64,000 nucleotides of DNA, taken from contig NW_024704743.1 of NCBI RefSeq assembly GCF_018977255.1, positions 27,282,001 through 27,346,000 of the forward strand. Reading direction: 5' to 3'. A program made the position numbers and the translations under genes. The notes under the pieces are model-generated. The model was not told the origin of the DNA, did not search any database, and saw only the letters and a program-made list of their open reading frames with translations. Shown one piece after another: positions 38,305 through 50,937 of the stretch (position 1 is the first letter of the stretch; every line of letters begins with the position of its first letter). The DNA is from Callorhinchus milii (Eukaryota).

Positions 38305-39790
38305 ACAACAATAACTTGCATTTATATAGCATCCTTTCACATGGAGCAGTGTCTCAAAGCGCATAACAGTGGGGGAGTGGGGGGGGGTGGTCTGACGTCA
38401 AACTGAGGGGAGGGAAGAGGTGACTGTAAGCACTGTCGAAGAGGAAAGTCATCAATCATGATCTAAAAGAGGGTGTAAGGCAGAGGAATTGAGGGAGAGA
38501 GTTCCAAAGCTTCATGGCATAGTGACTGAAAGCTCAGCCACCAATGGTGGAGCAGAAGCGGAAAGGGTAGAGTGGAGGCAGAGGGTAGTGGAGTGGGGAG
38601 AAAGCAGGTCAGAAAGAAAGGGAAGTGCCAGGGCATGAAAGGATTTGTAGATGAGTGAGATGGAATCCTGTAGCTCAGTGGTTAGAGCACTCGCTTTGCA
38701 AGCGAGAGACCTGAGTTCAATTCCTGGCAGGGCAAAACCTTGGGTAAGTTTCCTTACTCCACACGCCTAATAATAATCCCTCCAAAAACAAAAACATTAA
38801 TAAATTGGTCATTTTCAATCTACGACTGTTTGTGGGACATCGCTGTGCGCAATTGGCTGCCGCGTTCGCCCACAAATATACAGTCAATTCACCTAACAGT
38901 GTGTTCTGTGAAGTGCTTTGGGACGTCCTCCCGACGTGAAAAGCGCTATACAAATGCAAGGATTATTATTATTATTAAAAGTCCCTCAAGAAAAAAAACA
39001 ATAATAAATTGTCACTTCAATCCACGACTGTTTGTGGGACACTGTTGTGCGCAATTGGCTGCCGTGCTTTGACCAAAAAATACACAGTTAATTCACTTTA
39101 CAGTCTATTCTGTGAAGTGCTTTGAGACGTCCCGAAGTTGTGAAAAACGCTATATCAAATGCAAGGATTATTTTTATTATATAGGATTTGAAATTGATCC
39201 ATTCTCTGATGGGGAGCCAGTAGAGCCTGGAGAGCACTGTTGTGATGAGGGTATGGAGAAGCTGACAGAACATCGGCGGACCTGGACTCTCAGCCGGAGG
39301 AGGAGAAGTAGATTTGGGTGTTATCCACACACATGTGGAAGTTTACCCCTATGTCTGTGGATGTCTTTCCCGAGAGGGAGAATGTAATTGAAGGAAAGGA
39401 GTGTGCCAAGATGGAGCCCTGGGGCACACTGCAGGTGACTGTGCGGGGGGGGAGCAGCAGGAAAGAACACTTGTGGAGACAAAGTGATGGCAGTTAGTTA
39501 AGCAGGACTTGAACTCGGCAAGTATGCTCCCACTGAGGTGGATGAGAGAGCAGAGGCTGTAGAAGAGGATTGCGTGATCGATTATGTCAAATGCAATCAA
39601 TGGAGAGGTCCAGGAACTAGACAGTTCTACTGTTCCTCCTGGACCTCTCCATTTGAGGGAGCCCTTGTCACAGAGAGGAGTTGGGGAGGGAGGGGATGAG
39701 GCAAAAGAACTCCAGGAATGAAGTTCAAAAGAGCAGAGGTAGAATAGTTGAACGTTTGTCCATCGATAGTGGTGCAGGTCAGGTGGGGGA
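38305..39790 (-). mobile_element. Old L2 split by a SINE dimer
   Basis: L2 tail at 38305; sequence is continuous across 38660/39181; LYWLPI and AFDIIDHAIL motifs. Confidence 0.8.
38662..39180 (+). mobile_element. Full short tRNA-Ala SINE (38662-38976) followed by a second 3' half (38982-39180)
   Basis: Near-identical to 21824-22136. Confidence 0.92.
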
Positions 39791-42700
39791 TGTGACGAAG
39801 GTTGTTTCTGTTAAGTTTGAATTGGAAAATAGAATTTGCAGGAGCAAATTAAGATGGATTTCATTAAAATAAAATACTAAACAAAAAGGTTATTGGCGTT
39901 CAATGCAGGACCACACATCTGATTTCACGTGAAGTAAAGAGGCTTTCAGAGGTCATGCACACTTTTATCTCATACTCCAATAATGTTTAATGACAGCAAG
40001 TAGGAACAGGCATTGTACCAAACACTTCACTGTAAAGCAAGCAGAAGTAGGACAAATAATTGAAAATATTTTCAGCAGCACTTGCCCTTTGTATGTTCCT
40101 GCTAACACGACTTTGTCAGATGTTTGTAATATAGGCAAATTGCTATTACAGTGGGCAACATCTACATATTTCACAGGCGTGGAGGTTAGCAAGCTTCTTG
40201 TATTTGGTCTTCCACAGGATATCTCACAATGATGTTTGGAAGGTGGTGTCATTTACAGCATCGCTGAACTTTTTTTGGAGTGCTGAATGGAGCCACATTG
40301 AACAATACTCATGAGAACCACCTTCGAATATTTTAAAACATTCAAAGCTGCAGATTGTGGCCTCTAAGCTATCAGCTTCTTTATCAAAGTGTACACGGTA
40401 TACTGAAAGAACATCAACTCTCAAGAGCTGATTAGGTAAGTAGGATGCATTCCTCTGGGAATCAAACATTACACTCTATTCCAGAGAAAGGGACATTTCC
40501 ATTCATAAGTGGCATGCATGACATGTATAGACTATGTCTGATTTGGATATGTTTAATGATGATAGAACGTAATAATATCTTGCAAATTACTTAGAATAAA
40601 ATATGCCCTAAACAAATTTAGATCTAGTTTACTGAATCCCGCAGATACCTGAATATGCCAGAGCCCAATCTGCTATAACTCTAGAAGATTGGATATTGGA
40701 ACTTTACCCTGACACTACTCTCAGGGCTGACTTCTATGAAGCCAAATTGCTGCAGAAGATTTCTCTCCCTTGGTAGGATATCAGTGTCGGAGCAGAGTTC
40801 CAGAGAGTTGTCTTCTGATACAACCTACAGAATTTGCTAGTTACAAATCAGTCTGAAAGTCTCCCAGTGCAAACAACTACACAGTCATGTCCTTTATACC
40901 TGCAATAAAATATGCAAAAGCTTATAAGAAATTCCTTTTGAAAGTCCTTCAACAGTGGCTCTCATTTACAAATTCCTGAAAGACACTCAAAGTTTGCATT
41001 TGCAATTTCTCTTCTTATTTAATATTCAACAGTAAATCTGTATGGTTGTAAAGTCAGGCTTCATCATGTCTGTCGTGCATTGATGACTTTCATTCTGTCT
41101 AATGACCATGAATGAAAGAGGAAGGAAACTGCATGGTAAAGTACTTTAAATGTAAAGTACCTTCCATCTTATCTCACTCGCATAGTCTATCTTAAAGATG
41201 TTTTACCATTCAGGTGTAATTATCCACCAAAAGAGCTTCTTCATAGAACGGAGCAGGTGAAAGCACCAAGTTCTCTTCGCTTATGTCAGGCAGGAAGAAT
41301 CCCTCTGGAACATTTTCAGTCAGAGCCATTGAGTCCCTAATAGCCTATATGGTTACAAACTGTTCAGAAGCCATGTTTTCATTGTAATGTTGCCCCTATC
41401 AACTTTTACTGTTCTAAATTTGACAGGAAATTCTTTGAAATGAAAGACGAGACAATTTTTTAGCAGTTTGTAGGAGTACAGACTTTGCAGAATTCAATTG
41501 CTCCAACTTAATGCATCCCGCGAGGCCCTCCTTTTAAGGGGAAAGCATCCCAAGCAGATTGTGCAGAACATTCTTTGAAAAAAAATGATCCTTCAAAGGT
41601 AGAATATCTTTAAGTAAGTTGAACATATCTGAGGGATGCATTTCAATATACATTCTCTTTCTTACTATCAAGTCCAATTTCAGATTGAAATTTATGGCAT
41701 TTCACAATAATAACAATAATCCTTGCAGTTAATATAGTGCTTATAACCCCAAAACTTTATAGGCTTTATAGGCAATGGCTGTATCTTTTCTAGGTGAACA
41801 CGGCAGCCAGTTTTCACCATGTCCCACAAACAGGCATGAAGAGAATGATCAGTTCATCTGAAGGATTGTAGGCCATGACACTAGGAAAATATCCCTTCTC
41901 TTTTCGAACAGTATCAACAGATCTTTGACAATGACCTGAAAAGGCAGACTGGAAAGCATATTGTGTTCCTGGAACTAATTATTATTAAACGCTACATTCT
42001 TCACCCCATATTCCTCATATCAGATGGCTTTCAAAATTGGTATTGTTTGGGTTCCCTAATTAGTTTCCAGTCTTTAAAGCATTTTTTGTCTGCAGAATAA
42101 CAACAGTTTATCTAGAATTTCTGCATTATTGAGACAACATGAATAGGCACAAAATCAAATGCATGGCTGATCATTACTATTATAATCGTTTCTTTAAAAA
42201 GATCTCTTTTAAAATATCAAATTCTAACTATCGTTTTAAATCAACCCTTGGAACCTTCTCCCAATATGAAAGGCGCTATATAGATGTAAATTTGTATTGT
42301 TATGGTTTCAATTTCTGTTTCTCTGCAGTACACGCTTATTCAACTGAAGGTTGCTATAAGGGCAGTCCTTATATTTGCTGCACATTTTTCCTCGTGTATA
42401 TTTTCCTAGGATACTTGATGATTCAGTCACCCCTGCCACGGTTACTCAGGGTATCTTATTTGTTAAACTTCACTGCTGAAACCCCCACAGCTCATTTAAT
42501 TTATCTTACATTATCCTGGCGGGTTGGCGACCACACCTGCCAGTAACTTACTTTGTTCTTTATTCACTGAGTCAACAGATCTCTTTTGGAGCATAAGGTC
42601 AAGTTTTATCACTTTCATGACAGCATATCCAATATCTCAGTTGCTGCTGCTCACACTCCTCCAGAGAGGTGAAATTGGGTTTCTCTTGTTCAATTTCATT

Positions 42701-43106
42701 GTCATTCTTTTCACTCAATCTTAGAGACAGAAGCGTGTTTTACCCTGGTACCGTTTTCTCAAACATTTCAGATTTTCCTCATTTTACTTCCTCCTGAGAT
42801 GATTTCTTAGTGTCTTTTATTTGCTCTAAATTCTCCTGTGTTTCACCACTTTGTCTGCCCTCTGTATCTTCCCTTTGTTTTCTTCACTTTCTTCACTGCT
42901 AATCGTCCTCTGTTAATTAGATTTTCCAAGCTGTGTTGCCCACCAGGAACCTTGTAGGGAGTTCTTCCGCAAGATCCTGGTACTGCCATCCACCTACAAA
43001 AGTGAGTTTGTTAATTAGTCTTCAAAAAGTCACAATTAATAAAACATAGGGATTAATAAAACATCAACTTGAAATAATAAGTAATGATTGTAATGATACT
43101 TTAATT

Positions 43107-43685
43107 ACAACAATGACAAATTTACATTTATATAGAGCCTTTCACAACTAGGGACATCCCAAGGTATTTGCATCCCCAAGATTGGGATGGGAGCCGAATA
43201 GGGTGGGGGTAGGGAGGGAAAGAGGACTGAAGGCGCAGTTAAATAAGAAGGTCTTGAGGCGGATCTTGAAGAAGGCGAGGGTAAGAGTGAATTTTAGAGT
43301 CATCGGGATAGAATTCCAGAAAGTCGGAATAGATAAACTGAAAGTCTAACTGCCAATGGTGGCACAGTAGGGCGAGGGTAGATGAAGCCTGCCAAGTGGA
43401 GGGAGTGGACGAGTTTGTAAGATTTGAGAAGGTCGCAGAGGGAAGGTGAGGCAAGACCATGGAGAGATTTAAACGTGAGGACAAGCTCTTGACCTTGACT
43501 TGCTGGGGGATGGGGAGTCAATGGCGCTGGGCAAGGACCGGGATGATAGGCTGGTGAAGCCTGGTGCAGGAAAGGTCACAAGTTGCAAAGTTGTGGATAG
43601 TCTGCAGAATGTGAAGGGAAGAGGTGGACAGAAAGTTACCAAAGTCAAGCCTGGAAATGATCTATGCATAGGTTAGGGTCTCAAC
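43107..43685 (-). mobile_element. Old L2 3' fragment
   Basis: ORF 43300..43521 LVLTFKSLHGLASPSLCDLL; tail at 43107-43165. Confidence 0.82.
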
Positions 43686-43877
43686 ATCTCGATTCAGCCA
43701 ATCAAGAAAGAGCAAGTAACAGTTTATCCTTTAAGATGTTAGAAACTGCAAACTCCGTACTACTAACCTATGTTTTTATAACTTTACAAAATCCAGCAAT
43801 TATATAATACCTGAAACCAAAGAATTAGATCTCACCAAATGAAAGTTTGTGGTAGCATTGAAAAACAGTTACATTAT

Positions 43878-44186
43878 GATAATAATGCTTGCATTTGATA
43901 TAGCGCTTTTCACGTCTTGTAGATATCTCAAAGCGCTTCACAGAGTACCCTGTAAAGTGAATTAACTGTATATTTGTGGGCGAAACGCAGCAGCTAATTG
44001 CGCAGAGCAGTGTCCCACAAACAGACGTGGTTTGAAGTGACCAATTTATTATTGCTTGTGTTATTTTTTTTTCCTTCAGGGATTATTATCAGGCGTGTGG
44101 AGTAAGGAAACTTGCCCAACGTTTCGCCCTGCCCAGGTCTCTCACTTGCGAGGTGAATTCTCTAACCACTGAGCTACAGGACTCCA
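43878..44186 (-). mobile_element. tRNA-Ala SINE, short form with old-type tail loop
   Basis: Alignment to sister copies. Confidence 0.88.
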
Positions 44187-44553
44187 CATGAGTGAGCATT
44201 TCTAATGGTGCACTTCTTCTGATAACATGGCACTATTTGTAAAGAGAAGGGTCTTTCTCCTGGTGTCCTGGCTGACAATCCTCCATTAAAATCAGTGATC
44301 ATTCACTTCAGGGCTGTATTGCTGTTTATAGATTGACTGCCTACCTTCACCCACAAAACACAGTCAATCACATCACTATATAGTATGTCCTGGCAAGTAA
44401 TTTTGGATGTCCTCTTTACATGAAAGACGCTATACCAAATATAAGGTTATTATTATTATTAAGGATTCTTATATACTGCACCTATTAATTTTCCCCTAGT
44501 GTATTTTGAGAGCACTGCTATGATCTGACAACACTGAGTTCTACCATCATGTT

Positions 44554-44875
44554 ATAATAATAATAATAATAATCCTTACATTTGATATAGCGCTTTTCAC
44601 GTCGGGAGGATGTCCCAAAGAGCTTCACAGAACACACTGTAAAGTAAATTGACTGTATATTTGTGGGTGAACGCGGCAGCCAATTGCGCACAGCAATGTC
44701 CCACAAACAGTCGTAGATTGAAAATGACCAATTTTATTATTGTTTTTGGTTTTGGAGGGATTATTATTAGGTGTGTGGAGTAAGGGAACTTGCCCAAGGT
44801 TTCGCTCTGCCTGGAATTGAACTCAGGTCTCTCACTTGCAAAGCGAGTGCTCCAACCACTGACCTACAAGACTCC
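44554..44875 (-). mobile_element. Full short tRNA-Ala SINE with an imperfect TSD
   Basis: Flanks ATCATGTTA and ATCATTGTTA; near-identical to 50543-50866. Confidence 0.93.
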
Positions 44876-45512
44876 ATCATTGTTAAGCTGGGCATGAGTA
44901 GAGCTCTGTGCATGGGTACCTGAACTAATGTAAAAATCCTGCTCACAGGTCCCTGGTGCTATTTTTAATGTAAGAAAAGATGTACATGGTCGGTTGTACT
45001 TTTCTAGCAGTAGAAGCTTGAAGAGTGCGTTGCAACTATCTTTAATCTTTGAAAAGTCGGCACATCACTGATTCTATCCCTTGAAGCAGTTTGTGAAGCC
45101 ACAAACGCCTGCATTTGTACTGCAAGTCTTTGCATCGCTGCAAAGCAAACAGCTATTCATTAATGAGAAATATAGCCGGTTAATACATAATTGGAGATGT
45201 TTGTGATTGATTAATTTATTAAGCATCACTTTGCAACTGACATTATGTCTTGTCAGCATTCTAAGAGACCAATATTGAGAGCAGTACCGAATCATAAAGT
45301 CAGCAACCCTCGATGGCCCGTTTGTCAATTTGATATTCAAGATCAGTCAACCAGTGATCTCTGTGGACCCAGAAGTAGAACTGTCTGCAAATTGATAAAT
45401 GTAATAAAACTTCAGTAATTCATGAATAGGAACAAAAGGATGAAAAGCTTTCAGAGTTCATCCATAGGACAGTGAACTATTCTAGTCCATTTCATCATCT
45501 TGTGATACTAAC

Positions 45513-45830
45513 ATAATAATAATCCTTGCATTTGACATAGCGCCTTATCACACCTTCATAATGTCTCAAAGCGCTTCTCAAAATATACTGCAAAGTGAAT
45601 TGACTGTATAAACATGGTGTCAATTGTGCACAGTGGTGTCCCACAAACAGTTGTGGATTGAGTGACTAAATTATTATTATTTTTGAAGGGATTATTATCC
45701 ACGGAGGAGCGATCTTCCAATTGACTAACAACCGGGTTCTTACTTACTGCTAGGTAAACAGAAGCATGTGGAGTAAGGAAACTTGCCTAACACTTTGCCC
45801 TGCCAGGAATCGAACCCAGGTCCTTTCATT
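45513..45830 (-). mobile_element. tRNA-Ala SINE, long subfamily
   Basis: Alignment to sister copies. Confidence 0.87.
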
Positions 45831-46759
45831 TGATGTAGACCAAGGAGACAGATCAGCAGGATGGAGAGCCTGTGGAGGACATTCTGCGTGGTCCTTCTGA
45901 TCAATACTATTCCCAGTAGAAGCTGCTGCTCCTTCTCTGGCAGTGTCCTTTGGTGTTACCCTGGGAGTGATGAGGGAATTGGGAAACCGCACTGTCGGAG
46001 ATGGAAGGGTCCTTGGCATGCCTACAGCTTGCAGCCAATTGGAGTGTTCAAGAGAATGGATCATTAATGAGGGAAAGTTATAAAGATAAATGGCATGGGA
46101 TAGGAAAAGCGTGCGTAGCGAGCAAGCAGGTCAATAATGATCCATGCTACCAGTGCTCCCAACCTCCAACCTGTTCCACTGAATTTATTAAAAGTTTATG
46201 TCACAGTTCTGATATGTCAAAGTTCTCTCCCTTGTTCAGCTTTACTTCTACATTTGTTTGTCAGACAGACGTCTGATACATGCAGAAACTCATCACCAAT
46301 CTTAGAAATATCAAACCAGACTGGAAGATTCATATGTTTTCCACCTGCACATGGACATTTCCATGTGTCTGCAATGGAATGCTCATTCTCTCCCAAGAGT
46401 GATGCATCTTAATTACTTAATTCCATGTGAGGCATATTTTGGCTAGAGCCAAGACATGGGGATCCCAGATTGTGCATTGGGGTTTTGATGAATTTTAATA
46501 GCTAAAACCACATAACTTGCCATTGAGAGCACTCTCTGGCTGCTTATCCATCTAAGACCACCCTACCCAATAGGGCTTTGGCTTACAGGGTCAACAGGAG
46601 GTGAGTGGGAATAAATAAATCAGCAATGTCCTGGAATACTGTGGAACTGCCTGGCTCAGAAACTGGACCACTAAAACCTCCACAGACATTTGACTTGATT
46701 CCAATATAGTAATCCATTGTCAAAGCATGTCACCTTAGAGCCAGTTCAACTCCAAGTGA

Positions 46760-47000
46760 TTGAAAAAGTAGATGTAGATCAATATTTTCAGTTTATGCCA
46801 AAGCAGTGGGACAAGAGTACATAGATGCAGGGATGTGAAGATTAAACTTGGTGCAGACATCGGGAAGTTATTTTTTTGCATGGAGAGTAAATAATGAGTG
46901 GAAAGACTACCAGGAAAGGTGATTGAGGCCAGGTTATTGGACTATTTAAGAGGCAGCTTGATGCTCTGATGGGGAAGATGGTAGGATTGGAAGAATGGAA
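46760..47000 (+). mobile_element. Old CR1 3' fragment
   Basis: EKVDVDQYF...FFAWRVNNEW-like translation. Confidence 0.65.
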
Positions 47001-48099
47001 ATCAAACATGCTGGAATTTTTTTTATCCAATCCTTTTAGTATCTTGAGAAAAGATTCTACTTATTTTCCTGTAAAGTGATAAATGATATGCTCTTTAATG
47101 CTGTGGGAATTGATCTTGTTTAGGTAGGAATTGTTATTCCACATTATTTGTGCAGTATGAAGTTACATTTTAATACCAAGTTATTCCACAGACAAACCCA
47201 ATGCAATGAAAAGATGCTCCCTCCCTGGGGTCCAGGTAAACTAATTAAAGCTGATTGAAATTTAATTACAATTTACAGTGAGCTGGCATGAACAAATCAA
47301 TTTTAAAAATTGCTTTAAAATACCTGTGTGTGTTTGCAATCAAAGGACCCTCTTGTGAAAGTGACAGCCGGCACACAAAGTTTCATCTCCTTAGAAATGA
47401 AAAGCATACCTTCCCAGATCTGCCAGTAGAGACAACTTTACATGGAAAAAAAATGTGGTATAAGTTATATTAACTAAATCATATGCCACACTCTCTCTCC
47501 TTGTAGAATTGGCCTTTCCAGAAAATCTACTGAGATATAGTGGTTTCTTTAAATACCTGATCCTTTAAATTTCTTTACATTATTACTGTTTATAATGATC
47601 GCATGATTAGTGTCCTTAACAATCTGTTTCTGAACAACTGATCAGGGACTGAAAACTTTCTACACATGCCACCCCCCTCCATCAGCATTAGGGAAATGAA
47701 TAGGTTCTCCTTCAAGCCTTGTTGAAAATGAATAATTATCTTCCTGTAAGGTTTCCAGAGTTCCTTGTATGTGAAAGAGCTGAATGAGGGGTGATTCCAG
47801 AATATGGCTCTTGACATTATTCAGGAAACACACTGCATTGCACTAACAAATATCATTGTGTATTTTACTCAATTCAGTCTATGTCAAATCATAACCAATT
47901 GGAATGGAGTAAAATGGGAGGTTTAGATCGAAAAACTGGAGCAGGTTGGTCCAGGGGATGAATTCCATTCGACCCACGAACACAGTCGCTCTATATTCTA
48001 GAGCTTAGGGTTAGTCTGACTTGGCAGGAAAATAGCAGCTCAAGGCACTGGTTAGCAGCAGAACTTAACAATCACTTTCAAACTAGCAAAAGGGGGCGA

Positions 48100-48360
48100 G
48101 GGAGAGAGAGATACAGAGGGAGAGACACACAGGCGCAGAGAAAGAGAGATACACACACACAGAGAGAAGAAAGATAGATGCAGAGAGAAAGAGAGATGTA
48201 TAGATGCACACAGAAACAGAGACAGAGAGATATGCACACCTACACTGAGAGTAAGATAGAGAGACATACACAAATAGAGAGAGAGAGATACAGAGACACA
48301 TGCAGACAGAGAAAGACACATACAGAGACATGCAGATATACAGAGAGAGACACAGAAACG
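48100..48360. repeat. Degenerate (GA)n/(CA)n low-complexity repeat
   Basis: Read directly; explains ORFs 48052-48414. Confidence 0.92.
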
Positions 48361-48690
48361 GATATTTTGTCGCTGACTGCATGTTTTAAAGTTTGCATTG
48401 TGACTAAAGTATAGTGAAATTAAGTAATACTGTTATATAATTTAAAACATAGGATATCTATATGAGTTTTACGGCTTATGTTTTTTGAAGGGAAACACAA
48501 AAATATTGCTTATGCAGCCTGCAGAAATTTCACAAATTCAGCATTCCACCCTCAGCCCTCACTGTCCTGATCTGGAATATCAAAAAGAAGCTCAGCGGTG
48601 ATCTTGGCCTCAAGCATTCCTTCCAAAACTATTTGAATATTTTCACTTATTTTTCGAGATAAGTTTTAGGAAATAGCACAGGTTTATCCT

Positions 48691-49069
48691 GGAGTCTTGT
48701 AGCATGATGGTTAGAGCACTCGCCTCACAAGTGAAAGGATCCAGGTTCGATTCCCAAGTAAGGTGAAACCTTAGGGAAGTTTCCTTTCTCTGTTTACCCA
48801 GTAGTAAGTAGGAACCCGGTTGTTAGGCAATTTGCTGATTAATTTCAGGGGCTAATAATCTCTTTAAAAATAAATAATTTAAATATATATATAATAATTT
48901 GGTCACTCAATCCACGACTATTTGTTGGACATTACTGTGCGCAATTGGCTGCCGCGTTTCACCCACAAAATTTACAGTCAATTCAATTTACAGTATATTC
49001 TGTGAAGCGCTTTGAGTTGTCTTAACAATGTGATGAGGCTCTATATTAAATGCAAGGATTATTATTATT
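48691..49069 (+). mobile_element. tRNA-Ala SINE, long subfamily
   Basis: Head GGAGTCTTGTAGCATGATGGTTAGAGC, B box GGTTCGATTCCC, (ATT)n tail. Confidence 0.87.
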
Positions 49070-49634
49070 GTGAGAGCAAGTGTCTCGATGGAACCTCCCA
49101 ATTTCACACTATCAGAGGCTGAGAGCTCAGGTGTGACATTCCAGTGCTCAGCCTTGGCCTCCAAACACCAACCTCTCCAATATAAACAATTGAGCACCTC
49201 TTGGCTACAGCACAGCTTCCAGCAGTCATTACAGCTGTTTCAATGTACTCAAAAACACACCAGCTGAATTGGACATCTCAGGGAATCCCTGAAATAGGGA
49301 AATATTTCACAACAGTTTCAGCTCCACCAGTACAGTAGCCAGACATGCTAAGGGATACAGAAAAGGGAGAGGAAATAGGTTCAATAAAATTACTATTTTA
49401 CTGCATACTGTACATATTCCTATGTTTTCTTACATTTAAAGTAAATATAATACAAGATTGACCCACTTGCAATCAACATTGCAGAATTGGCCTTTTCAGC
49501 AAATCTACTGAGATATGATGGTTTCTTTCAATACCTGGTCCTTAATTTTGTTTCATTATTGCTGTTGGTAAAGTTCATACGGTTAGAAAAAGTGGTTGTT
49601 GTTGAGTCCTTACAAGCTGTCTCTTGCGCATCAT

Positions 49635-50052
49635 GTCAGCCTGTCTCAGTTGGTGGCACTTTAGCTTCTGAGTCAGATAGTTGAAGCCCCACAACCAGAA
49701 TTGGAACTTATAGTGTAGGCTGATATTCAGTGCAGTGCTGATAGTAAGCTGCATAGCTAGAGATGCCATTCTTCAGGTCACACATTAAACCGAGATTCTG
49801 TCTGCCTGTTCAAGTGTTCATTAAAGATGCCTTGGTACTATCGAAACGAGAAGTGGGTTTCTCCGTGTGTCCTGGTCATCAATCCTTCAGATAAAAATTG
49901 GTCATTCACTTCAAGGCATTGTCATGCTCAAATTGGTTGTTATGTTCGCCCACAAATAGAGTCGCTAGACTGTATAATAACGCCTGTGAAAAGCTTTCAG
50001 ATACCTTTTCACTGCGAAAGATGCTCTTTGAAAAACAAGGATATTATATATT
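49635..50052 (+). mobile_element. Deu-domain SINE
   Basis: Head GTCAGCCTGTCTCAGTTGGTGGCAC; core ACATTAAACCGAG...TCTGCCTGTTCAAGTG. Confidence 0.78.
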
Positions 50053-50542
50053 ATTTCTAAGTCAGAATCCTTGCTGAAAAAACAAAAGTATTTACATGAG
50101 AGTTACTAAACTGAGCAGTTGGTGCTAAAGCTGCTGGCTTTATTTATTATATTATTTACCTCTACAATGATAGTGTATTTGCATTGTATAATAATAATTA
50201 GCATTGCATGCATACAGCAACGAATGCACAGAGACTGCCAACTGTGTGTTAATTAAAATAATGCGTGTGAGCTGTCTATTGCCAAACTGACAAATAAATT
50301 GTTCAATTAAATCCGTCTGATTTGTCACCCTGGGAAGTTTATACATAACATTTAGACCAACAACAACAATGACGCATGCATGTACATAGATCACTTTGCA
50401 TAGATTAATAGGTCAGGTGCCAAGCAAGGGAGGAGGGGGAAGGGGAGGGGGAGGGGCAAAGGGATCGTAGACACAATCAAAGATGTAATTTTTTTACAAA
50501 ACAGATGTCGCAGGGAACACTCAGCAGGTCAGTTAGTATCTA

Positions 50543-50866
50543 TAATAATAATAATAATAATAATCCTTGCATTTGATATAGCGCTTTTCACGTCGGGAGG
50601 ACGTCCCAAAGCGCTTCACAGAACACACTGTAAAGTGAACTGACTGTATATTTGTGGGCGAACGCGGCAGCCAATTGCGCACAGCAATGTCCCACAAACA
50701 GTCGTAGATTGAAAATGACCAATTTATTATTGTTTTTGGTTTTGGAGGGATTATTATTAGGCGTGTGGAGTAAGGAAACTTGCCCAAGGTTTCGCCCTGC
50801 CTGGAATTGAACTCAGGTCTCTCACTTGCAAAGCGAGTGCTCTAACCACTGAGCTACAGGACTCCA
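50543..50866 (-). mobile_element. Full short tRNA-Ala SINE, very young
   Basis: CpG sites largely retained; ATCTA on both flanks (50538-50542, 50881-50885). Confidence 0.94.
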
Positions 50867-50902
50867 CGAGAGCTACAGGAATCTACGGAGAAAGGAAAGT
50901 CT

Positions 50903-50937
50903 GTCAACGTTTCGGGTCCACGACCCTTCGTCAGAAC
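50903..50937 (-). ncRNA. Minimal type I hammerhead ribozyme motif
   Basis: Minus strand GUU-CUGACGA-A-GGGUC-GUG-GACCC-GAAA-CG-UU-GAC: core boxes, 5 bp stem II, ACGU palindromic stem III, 3 bp stem I. Confidence 0.65.

Noticed and set aside
39965..40469. Overlapping ORFs suggesting a pseudogene or recombinase
   Set aside because: No recognisable motif, and lengths are compatible with chance
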